38,081 nucleotides of DNA from Octopus bimaculoides (taxonomy: Eukaryota). Shown here one piece after another: positions 24,691 to 34,853 of the stretch. Every line of letters begins with the position of its first letter. Positions within the stretch are counted from its first letter, which is position 1. The translations under genes were made by a program, and so were the position numbers. The notes under the pieces were generated by a model that saw nothing but the letters and a program-made list of their open reading frames with translations, made no database searches and had not been told where the DNA came from. The stretch lies in the NCBI RefSeq assembly GCF_001194135.2, contig NC_068992.1:34462476-34500556 (forward strand). Reading direction: 5' to 3'.

Positions 24691-26174
24691 AACTGGTAAC
24701 TTTTATTCTGATGATGATGATGACAATGGCAATGGTGGTAGTGACAGCAACAATGATGATGATGATGATGTTAATGACGGTGATGATCATGATTCAACAT
24801 AGCAGCACTGAACTTCTTTCCACACTGTATGAGTATGCTGCATGTAATTCACCAATACATTATACTGACTTATGCAACATTTTGGTTAAGACAGTTGAAA
24901 TCTCTGTCACTCATTTGTCTTCTATATATATTCTTCCACAAAGCAGCCCGAGGTTTTACACTAAGAAACTTCATTGCAGAAATGGAATATCTGGAGAGGA
25001 TTAATGGATGTTTATTGCCAGGAATATAGCAGAATTTAGTCCAAAGACACTGGCTGAAACATTGTGACAAAGATAACAAATTCTAAATGAAATATTACAC
25101 AAATATTTTGTTCTTCTCCCAGAAAGCTCACTTTACAAAAATGAGTAAGCTTTGATTTATAAAGAAAGGTAGCAGCAGAGATGAAGAAGAAAGAGCGGGA
25201 AGGAGAAAGAAAGTATAAGTGGTGGTGGTGAATGACTGAATGGTTGGTTGAATGAGAGGATAGGCAAGAAGTGTCTGACTATATAACACAACGCTAATAT
25301 TCTTTGTCAAAATAACATGATATCTGTTTATGGTTTGGAATTATTCAAGTATTAATATCAGACTATGTTTTTCAATGACAAAATATGTAATGCCACAGTT
25401 ATGACAGAACTGAGGATCAAATCAGTGAGAAAGATTCTCTACTGACATATTGTCATCAAATGAGAGGGTATTATCATTTCAAGCCATAATTGAAATACTT
25501 GGTATTTTGTACTGCACTTTTGACATAGAATAAAGTTGATAATATACATAATGAAAGAAAGAAAAATTTTGCCACTTTGTGTCTTTTATCTGTCTATATT
25601 TTTTGGCACAATAACTAGAAATGGTATGCTGATAGGAGTTGCAATCTTTTTTGTGTGTACTTGAGTGAATAGTGTTGATGGAAATTAGGCTGCAAGCAAG
25701 AAGCATGAATTCATAACGATAAAGGTGGTAGTAGTGATGGTGGTGAGCATGACATTAACAGTGGTGGAAGTAGTTACAGAAATAGTATCAAATAAATAGG
25801 AAAATTATAAACAGCCATGTAAAAAGGCTATCTTGTAGCCAATGTAAATTTAGTACTGAAATAGTAGGTTCACCATTTACACAAGAACATTTTTTTTATC
25901 AAATCATGGAGCCTGGTAAGGAATATGAGTTATAGATTTGATGGGCTTATGAATAGTTTCCATCTACAAAATCCAAACAAGATGTTATTCAACTTGAGAT
26001 CTGGGAGAATATACTTGACCAAAGAACTATACTGCAGGATTAAACTCTGAACATGGTCATAAAGTAAGCTCCTAAACTACACAGGTATGGTTACAATTCT
26101 TACTCATGGTTACAATTCCAGTATTGTTACATGTCCATATCTAAGAGCTCAAAATATCACACTTCTGTTAACTT

Positions 26175-28410
26175 ATACATGTATGTATGTATGTATGTAT
26201 GTATGTATGTATGTATGTATGCATTTAGTATGTATATATGTATATCAGTATTCAGTTTTATTTCAAGATTTCTTGCCAATAGAGAAAGAGCCAGTTTCTA
26301 ACCTAGATCCAAGGCTCCTTCATTGGAATTTCAACAGCATCAACAGGGTATTTTTGTTTGTTTGTTTGTACGTATGTATGTATGTATGTATGTATGTATG
26401 TGTGCATATTTGTATGTTTTGTTTCATGTATGTATTCTCATGCATATAGTTGTATATCTAGACATACTCATATAAATGATAAACGATATCTGGAAAGTTT
26501 TACAGATTTTTACAGTTCCAGTGATGAATTAGAGCTGTAGTCCTGAAATTAACTTTCTCCTTTCTGGTTTTGAGAAGCCTAATTTATAAAGGTTGGTATT
26601 TAGGCAGTGTATTACATATCCCAGGGCTCCAATACTTACAGGTATAAACCTGAACTTGTAATCTGAATAGAGTAACTACAGATTTCTTAATAGTTCAGCA
26701 CTGGTATTCTCTTTTTCACTGATTCACTTTTTCACTGATTCACTTTTTCACTTTATGTTAATATCTGCTGGGCAGCTGATTTCCACAACTGTACACAGTT
26801 TCTCTTCTCTATCCCAAATCATTATATCAGGTCTGTTGTGCTTATATTTTATTGAGGTCTTCACAGGGACATTCCAACAGTAATCTTTCTTTATTATGAG
26901 TGGCTATGGCTTCTACCATACTGTGGGTTCTTATTTCTCTGTCCTTGAGGTTATCCTTTCGATGAATTTCATTATAGAGTTTCCTATCTACAACATCATG
27001 TCTTATTGGTAGATAACATTGTGATGACATTTTCAGGCAACTACTTATGATGTGTGTGATATCTTTGATGTTAACTCTACAAAATCTGCATCGGTTGTCA
27101 TATTTAAAGGCATTTCTTGTATGTGTATCCCTTTTGTGCATCAGGTACTTGTTTGATATTTCCTGTTCCTGGATTGCAAATGCATATCCTTAAAAGTGAG
27201 AGGTAGTAATCTAGTTATTGGCCCATGATAAACTGCTTTCACAATCGATGTTACAATCATCTCACAGCTTTCTATTGACATATCCATGCATAGTTTTCTG
27301 CACTTATAAGCTCATCCTTTCATCTGATGATACATTGCAGTAGAGTCATGTGATTTCTTTGGGCATGTAATGTATTCTAGGTTATCAGACAAAGAGTGTT
27401 GCTCTAGAAGTTGCCTTCCAAATCTTATGATGTTTTCAGTGTCATGTATGCAAACTTGGTCAAGGAATGCACCTCGACACTTGGCAGTTAAAAGATGTTG
27501 ACAAAGGGATATAATACGATGTTGCTGAAGGGATATGATGTGACATTCAAAGGCATTTTGGATTGATGCTAAGCCCCTGCCTTCTTGTTTTCATTTTAGG
27601 TAAATGTGGAAAGACGATGTGGTAGATGTTAATGTGGAAATTATGAGTGCTTGTTAGTATTTTTGGGGTTTTCACATCAATGACTCGGATTTCATCAAGA
27701 GTCCAATCAAACAGCCCAAATATTGGTATGAGTACTGGCACTGCAAACACATTGTGAACCACTGTTTTATTGAATGAAGAGAGTTCTGAGGTCCAAATTT
27801 TCTTTATTCAGCTGCAATATTCTTTAGTTACACATGTTTTGTTACAGGTGCCATTGTAAGATATATTTTCATCCACCTCTAGATACCTGTAATACTCCTC
27901 GTCAGATACATGGGAAACAGTCAAATCATTGAAGGAGATGTTACTAGTCTGGTTTATAGCTTTATCCCTTTTCACAACCATATAACAACATTCATCCTGA
28001 TCAAATTCCAACCCTACATCCTTTGAGAATGTTGTGACTATGTCAAGGCTCTTTGTCATCTCATGCATATTCTTGCATCAAGTATTAAGTCATCCACAAA
28101 GAAACAGTGTGTAATATTGGTACTTCTATTTCCCTGTGAACCAGTGAGATATCCTTCAGATTTCCTTAACATGAATGACAACATCACAGAGAGGCTGTCT
28201 CTTTGGAATATACCTTTACAATACTGTATTCTATTGGTGAAAACAGAGTTGCTCTTTGTGTTTAATTTCAAGATGGTGGCCCACGATGAAGTCAGGTCAG
28301 CTATGGCTTTGACTATTCTCACTGGAACTTTCGCGAGTTGAACGGCTTCTAGCATCCATGAGTGGGGATCAGAGATAAGGCTTTCTTGTAGTCTTGCCAC
28401 ATTGAAATTA
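26175..28410 (-). mobile_element. R4/Dong-like RLE-type non-LTR retrotransposon remnant, 5'-truncated (copy 1)
   Basis: Minus translation gives RT motifs PHSWML..GIFQRDSLS..ITHCFFVDD..FSKDVGLEF..YRYL, then VFAVPVL..DW..IDVKT, a CCHC knuckle CRFCRVNIKDITHIISSC and RLE HNRPDIMIWDREEKLCTVVEISCP. The 3' end lies in (CATA)n. Confidence 0.88.
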
Positions 28411-28424
28411 GTTTCCTCCTATGC

Positions 28425-29715
28425 TCTCGCACCCATGTATGTATGTATGTTATCAATCAGTTTCATTTCTGTATTTCTTGTCCATAGAGAAAGAGCCGGA
28501 CTCTAACATAGATTCAAGGCTCCTTCATTGGAACTTTTATCAACATCATCTAGGTATTTGTGCATATGTGTGTGTATGCAGTATTTGGTGTTAGTGTATG
28601 CGCAGATTTGTATGCTTGTTTTATGTATGTATGTATGTATGTGTACAGATTTGTATGCCTTGTTTTATGTATATATTCTCATGCATATACTTGCATATCT
28701 CAACCTGCTCATATATACTTAAATGATAAATTTTAAGTATGGAAAGTTTTACAGCTTATTACAGTTCCAGTGATGGGTTAGATCTGTAATCTTTCAATCA
28801 GCTTTTTCCTTTCTGGTTTAGAGAAACCTAATTTCTCAAGATTGTTATTTAAGCAGTGTGTTACATATCTCAGTGCCTCAGTAAATACAGATATAAATCT
28901 GAACTTGTAATGTGGATAGAGTAACTGCAGATTTCTCAATAGTTCAGCATAGGTGTTTTCTTATTCACTGAACTTCCACTTTATGTTAACATCTGCCAGG
29001 CAGCTAATTTTCCCAACTGTGCAGTTTCTCTTCTCTATCCCAAATCATTATACCAGGTCTGTTGTGCTTACATTTTATTGAGGTCTTCACTGGGACATTC
29101 CACCAGTACTCCTTTTCATTATGAATGGCTACAGCTTCTACGGTACTGTGGGTTCTTGTTCCTTTGTCCTTCGGGTTAGCCTTCTGACTGATCTAACTGT
29201 ATAGTGTCCTAGCTACAACAATATGTTTCGTCATTAGATAATACCATATTGACATTTTCAGATAACTGATTATGATGTGGGCAACATCCTCGGTGTTAAC
29301 TCCACAAAATCTGCATCAGTTACCACATTTTGCTGCTTTGCCTGCATCTCTGTCCCTTTTGTGCATCAGGTATTTGGTTGATTTCTCCTGTTCCTGAATT
29401 ACAAATGCATACCCTTCAAAGTGAGAGGTAGTAATCCAGATGTTGGTCCATGATAGACTGCTTTGATGATTAATGTTACTATCATCTCAGAGCTTCCTAA
29501 TAACATATACATGCATGGGCTACTGCTCATAGAGGCTCATCCTTTTATCTGATGATACATTGCAGTAGAGTCATGCATCTACTTTGGGCATGTATTTAAG
29601 GTTATCAGACAAAGAATGCTGCTTTCCAAGACTCATGATGCTATCAGCCTCATGTATACAAACTTGTTCAAGAGATGCACTTCGACACTTGGTGGTTAAA
29701 AGATGTTGCCAGAGA
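28425..29715 (-). mobile_element. R4/Dong-like RLE-type non-LTR retrotransposon remnant (copy 2, shorter)
   Basis: Colinear and homologous to ~26180-27510. Contains CRFCGVNTEDVAHII and WNVPVKTSIKCKHNRPGIMIWDREEK, the same 3' UTR (AGAGAAAGAGCC...CAAGGCTCCTTCATTGGAA on +) and a (CATA)n end. Confidence 0.88.
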
Positions 29716-29789
29716 GATATGATATGACAAACAGTGTATAATTTTGGTATTTCTGTTTCCTTTTGGTATGTATATATGTATGCATGTGT

Positions 29790-29929
29790 ACTGGCGTTAA
29801 GTAGGGCATCCAGCTATAAAATACATGCCAAAACAAACAGTAAGGGCTAGTACTGTTGTCTGGCTTGCCAGCCCCTGTCAAACCATCAAACTTATGCCAG
29901 TATGGAAAACAGGCATTAAATGATGATGG
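29790..29929 (+). mobile_element. RTE-type 3' tail remnant
   Basis: TGGCGTTAAGTAGGGCATCCAGCTATAAAA...TGCCAGTATGGAAAACAGGCATTAAATGATGATG. Confidence 0.7.
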
Positions 29930-30119
29930 TATACACACACACACACACACACNNNNNNNNNNNNNNNNNNNNNNNNNNNNNNNNNNNNNNNNNNNNNNNN
30001 NNNNNNNNNNNNNNNNNNNNNNNNNNNNNNNNNNNNNNNNNNNNNNNNNNNNTTCCACTCGTACGGTATTCCACAACTTTACTTTATTATATATATATAT
30101 AAATATATATATATTTATG

Positions 30120-30350
30120 TGTGTATGACTTTGTGTCTACTGTGTTTGTCTCCCTGACATTACGTGACAACTGATGTCGGTGGGTTTACATCCTTGTAAC
30201 TTAGCCATTCAGCAGAAGAGACTGATGGAATAAATGCTAGGCTCACAAAGAATAAATCCTAAGGTCGATTTCTTCAACCAAAAACCCTTTAAGGCGCTGT
30301 TCCAACATGGCTGCAGTCAAATGACTGAAACATGTAAAAGAATACAAGAA
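30120..30350 (+). mobile_element. 3' half of the tRNA-derived SINE
   Basis: Homologous to 540-748. Confidence 0.75.
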
Positions 30351-30813
30351 CACTTTGAAACTAAAAGTTGTCTTGCAAACACTATTCTCAAGTAACATTG
30401 CAAAGATATTAAAAATGTGTGTATTAAAAGTTTAGAGTCATAGATATGTCTCTGCTCTTTTCATGTGTGTAATTATAAAGCTAATTATTTGAAGTATGAA
30501 CAATGAGAGGAAGTTTTGAGTCTGAAGGAAATATTTGTATCAACATGCATGTTTATTAATATAATGCACATACAACTTATGAGAAATTGTAAGTTCTGTA
30601 ACCAAGGTAACAGAATATATCTGTAGCAAGGATATTTAAGTTTGATTTATCTTAGTAGTTGTTGAGTCCAAGTAAATTCATTTAAGTAGGGAAAACATGG
30701 AAGCAAGATGACGTCAGCATTGACAAGATCTCTTTTTCTCTCTGAGTGTGTGTGCATGTATGCGTGTGTGTGTGTGTGTGTGTGTGTGTTGTGTNNNNNN
30801 NNNNTATACATAG

Positions 30814-30848
<35 letters not shown>

Positions 30849-30868
30849 TGTGTGTGTGTGTGTGTGTA

Positions 30869-32128
30869 TTGGATCATCTCATAAATAATGCGTTTTTTTG
30901 ATGGCATGAAATAAAAGTCGGAAGGGGACAGGATAAATTACCTGCATCAACTTACTATAAAAACAGGTAGTAATTTTACCTTGTCCTCATTCTTAGTGCA
31001 AGTTTTGAAGAGTGCAGTTCGATTTCAACAGTTATTTTTTCAAAGCTATAATGGAAGTGACAAAGGAGTATATTCAGCATATTTTGCTTTATGAGTTCAA
31101 TAAAGGCAACAATGCAAGGGAAAGTGTGTGGAATATTAATGCAGAATATGGGAATCAGACAATAAGTGTAAGCCAGTGTCAATGATGGTTCCATAAAATC
31201 CAAGCTGTAGAGCCTAGAAGACTAGCCTCATCATCTAAGATCTGTAGAGCTTCACAAGGACATCCTGCAAACTCTGGTGGAACAAAATTCCATCGTAACT
31301 GTTGAGGAACTAGTAGAGAAGCTTGGATTTGGTCATTCAACCATTCATCAACACCTGTATGCCATCAGAAAAGTCAGAAAATTGGGTCAATGGGTTCCTC
31401 ACAAACTTTCCAAGTCTAATCACACATAGCGAGTCAATGTGTCCTCTTCTTTGCTGTCACGTCTCATGAATGGACCCCCTTTGGACTGAATTGTGACTGT
31501 TGACAAGAAATGCATGCTTTATAAAAATGTCAAGCACTGAAGATAGTGGGTAAGGATAGGAGAAACACCAGCACCCCAGGTTAAAGAAGGGAAGGGGTTG
31601 TTATCTATTTGGTGGGATATGAGAGGTTTAGTCTACTTTAAACTTTTATACCCCAACCAAATGATAACAAAGAAGATCTGGTGTGAGTGGCTAAAGTCAG
31701 CGCTAGAAGTAAAACAACCATCTTTGGTTTCAAGACGAAAGGTGTTCTTCTATCAGGATAATGCTTGGCCACATACAATGAGGATGACATTCCAAAATCT
31801 GGAGCAGTTTGAATGGGAAACGATGTCCCACCCATTATATCCGCTGGACATTCCTCATTCAATTATCATTTATTCCACAGTCTTCAAAATCATTTGGACA
31901 GAAAAAATATGAATTCTGTAGATGAAGTCAGAGCAGTAGTGGAGAAGTATTTTTTGTTACAGACAAGTGAATTTTGGAAGATGGGCCTTGAAAGTCTAGC
32001 AGATAGTTGGAAGAGCATTGTAGAAAATGAAGGTGAGTATATTTTAGATTTAAAAAGAAATTTATTTATCTTAACTTTGAAAAATAAAAGACGTATAAAT
32101 AAAACGCATTATTTATGGAATGACCCAA
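30869..32128 (+). mobile_element. Full-length inactive mariner of a second subfamily, inserted in a TA/TG microsatellite
   Basis: TIRs TTGGATCATCTCATAAATAATGCGTTTT (left) and AAAACGCATTATTTATGGAATGACCCAA (right), flanked by TA. Transposase from ATG at 31051: MEVTKEYIQHILLYEFNKG..WVPHKL..IVTVDKK..LSIWWDMRG..YQDNAWPH..HLFHSLQNHL..NEGEYILD, with stops and frameshifts. Confidence 0.95.
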
Positions 32129-32199
32129 TATATATATANNNNNNNNNNNNNNNNNNNNNNNNNNNNNNNNNNNNNNNNNNNNNNNNNATATATGTATAT

Positions 32200-33000
32200 A
32201 TTTATATATAGGTCAGTAAATGGTGGGGTTGTGTTAACCGCACGTGGAGAAATAATAGGAAAATAAAAAATAATAATAAGGCAGAATGCTAAACTGAAAG
32301 CATATTTTAATATAGATGTGTATAAGGAGGATTAAAAAGGATTTCTAACCAGCTTTCATTACATGGCAAATTTTCAAGAAGAGGGAGAATGAAAATGTTT
32401 TTTACAAAATAAAAATAAAAAAATAACATATAAAAAAATGATATATAAAAAAATAATATACCAATACATTATATTGTCTTTGAGCTTTTAAAGTTCAATG
32501 GTAATCCATGTAGATAATTGTTAGAAAGATTAGGATGCATGCAATTGAGAGCTGTGTTTTGTTTTAAAAATAGGGCTGAAAGTTTATGTGTTAAGCAGGA
32601 AGTGTGGTGTCAAAACAGTAAGTGTGTGTAAGGGAAGACAATTCTGTGGGTGTTATACTCTTTAGTTGGAGTTCTGGACTCTTTGTCAACTGGAAGTTTA
32701 TGTCTGTTCTTAGAGAAATAAGAAGTAAATTTATATGTATTTCATTGGATAGGCGAGAGAAGGGAATATGGTCAACGAGGGGTTTGTATGTTAAGAAGTG
32801 TTTGGAATTTCTTTATAAAAAGATCCTCCTTGTTGATTCTTTCTTGTGTAGAGATTCTGTCTTTACATTGATAGAAAGGGAATATAAGAAATTTAGGGTT
32901 TTTATTTCTGGCACAAGAGTCTGTGGCCACTGAGTGGAATTTGGCGGTGTTGTGGGAAATTTATTTGTTCTTTATGGACTGCTACTCTTCTATGCAAAGG
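32200..33000 (-). mobile_element. Penelope-like element 3' fragment (C-terminal part of the GIY-YIG endonuclease plus 3' region)
   Basis: Minus translation PLHRRVAVHKEQINFPQHRQIPLSGH/DSCARNKNPKFLIFPFYQCKDRISTQERINKEDLFIKKFQTLLN resembles PLE endonuclease C-termini (LxxRxxEH...R..KExLFIKKFxPxLN). Identified by recognition, not by alignment. Confidence 0.65.
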
Positions 33001-33002
33001 GA

Positions 33003-33330
33003 GGCGCCAAAATTGCCTGAACATGTAGGGGTAGGTGCAGGGAAAAGAGCAGCTTAAGAAGAGAGCTGTCTTCTGGAGATATGTCTGTTAAATCATGAAT
33101 GCAATGAAGAAATTCTGTCGGTCTTCTGTCTCCCAAATCTTCGTCATTGAAGAGAGTCTGAAAACAGTGCTCAGCAGAAAGAGACCTCCTATGAAGTACT
33201 TCACGCTTGAGAGATGACTAAGTCACATTTTGTGGTGTATCAGTAATCAGGTCTTTGAGTTGAATGGGCAGAAGGAATGGTGCTGAGTAAAATGTTCAGT
33301 TGCTGAATATTGCTCGTCATGAAGTAGATT
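33003..33330 (-). mobile_element. Ty3/Gypsy gag fragment (CsRn1/Kabuki-like)
   Basis: FQTLFNDEDLGDRRPTEFLHCIHDLTDISPEDSSLLKLLFSLHLPLHVQAIL matches the gag motif LGDRKPSxFLxxLxxL...LFLxxLPxxVQAIL. Confidence 0.75.
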
Positions 33331-33457
33331 GTTGCATGTTGCTCTCTGGCACTTTCTCTCTTGTGCTTGGGTTTTTGCCTATCCCCTGGCTGCTTGACTT
33401 GTGCAGTCACACACACACACCTAAAAGCAAACTTACATGCTGGCATCCTCACGAAAG

Positions 33458-33575
33458 TGGTAACCCCGGTGTGATTTAAACATGCAACCTTCTGACCTGG
33501 AGTCAGATGTGCAACAGTAGTGCATCTGACTTCACGTCAGAAGGCTGCATGTTCAAATCACATCGGGGTCACCAC
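33458..33575. pseudogene. Two CpG-decayed, CCA-tailed tRNA-Trp partial copies in inverted orientation, sharing the D-arm
   Basis: 33509-33575 (+) GTGCAACAGTAGTGCATCTGACTTCACGTCAGAAGGCTGCATGTTCAAATCACATCGGGGTCCACCA resembles tRNA-Trp positions ~10-76. 33458-33512 (-) resembles positions ~22-76 with the CCA anticodon intact. Confidence 0.85.
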
Positions 33576-33873
33576 TTTAGTGAGGAAGCTAGCTTGTAGG
33601 TCTTTTTTTAGGTGTACGTAATCATACAAGTTGAGTGGCCAAAGGATAGGTAAAAAGCCAAGCACAAGAAAGAAAATGCCAGAAAGAGAATTGTGCAGAA
33701 CCTCACTTTTTATAGTCAACCGGAGGTAATGCCACCTGTCAGCAATCCTACTGGAAGTTACAACATATTCCAGAATATTCTGTACCAAAGGAGGGAATGC
33801 AACTCTCGTTTATTTTCCTTTCTCTTCAGTAGAATCTGCCACATACTCTTTTAATTTTACACATTTCAATCAT

Positions 33874-34573
33874 TTGAGTGTGGCTAGGCATATATTTAAG
33901 TCGGTTCAGATGAAGCACGTGTTAACTCCACCATACCATCCAAGGTCAAATGGGTTAGCGGAAAGATTCGTTGAAACATTCAAGAGAACTTTAAGGAAGA
34001 CCAAACAGGAAATCCTTGAAGATACAAATATGACAAGGTTTTTGCAGGTGTATAGAATGACACCGAATCCAAGTGCAGAGTTGGGTAGGTCCCCCAGATT
34101 TGATGTTTTCCAGAAAAACTTGTTCTATTTTTGACAAATGGTTGCTGAGCAGGAAACAGAAAATAGAAAAATTTGGGAAGAAAAACGAAATTTTTTAACA
34201 CAGGTGACAAAGTGTATTTTAGAATATATAGTAATGGAAAACAGGATTGGGAACAAGGTAATATAACTGGACGTCTGGGTACTGTGATGTACATGGTAAA
34301 ATGACCAAAATATGAACACAGAAGGCATTTAAACCAATTAAAAAAATATATACCAAAAACCAAGAGTGGCGAGAAGAACCAATGGATTCATGGTATGATT
34401 TGTTTGAGGTCCCACAACCACAAGCAGAAGCAGAACCGACTCGTAGGTTGAACAGGAAGAGAAAACCTACAGAAATGATGGAAATTAATGCTAAGAGGAA
34501 AAGATGTGTCAGTTTCTCAACGAGGAAATAAAATTGATAAATTCGGGTTTTAAAGACTCTCAAAAGGGGGAAG
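33874..34573 (+). mobile_element. Ty3/Gypsy integrase C-terminal fragment, 3' region and PPT
   Basis: MKHVLTPPYHPRSNGLAERFVETFKRTLRK...GDKVYFRIY..GKQDWEQGNI..LGTVMY..HRRHLNQL. PPT AAAAGGGGGAAG at 34562-34573. Confidence 0.88.
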
Positions 34574-34853
34574 TGTTGTGTGGACGCTCCCAGGCGATAA
34601 GTAGGCTAGTTTAATACATATAAATAGCTAAATGAAAAGCGTCATGCAGAGCAACCCAGAGCTGTCAGTAGACTAGCGTTTAGTGAGTTGAGTCATCAGA
34701 AGTGAGAGTTGAGTAGTTGAGTAGAGGTCATCCGCACGTGCGATATAACAGAATGATATATCTGTCCTTCTACGTCAGCCATGCATGACGTTTTTTTAGT
34801 TCAGACTGCTCTGCTATACATCTAAGTACCCATACAAAAACAAATATTACTAC
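34574..34853 (+). mobile_element. 3' LTR of the Gypsy element
   Basis: Starts TG immediately after the PPT and has a TATAAATA box. The putative degenerate end is AATATTACTACC, so the right boundary is uncertain. Confidence 0.65.

Noticed and set aside
25786-26060. FN3-like string MEPGKEYEL...WAYE..PS
   Set aside because: Several in-frame stops and too short a motif match, so it cannot be distinguished from chance.
32330-32390. Possible hammerhead ribozyme in the Penelope-like tail (CTTGAAAA...GAAA on the minus strand)
   Set aside because: The core CTGAnGA is absent and the helices could not be paired convincingly. An Infernal search would be needed.
33509-33575. Functional tRNA with a TCA anticodon (Sec or opal suppressor)
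   Set aside because: It lacks the 5' acceptor strand, shows CpG decay and an insertion, and the partner arm keeps CCA. It is a mutated tRNA-Trp copy.
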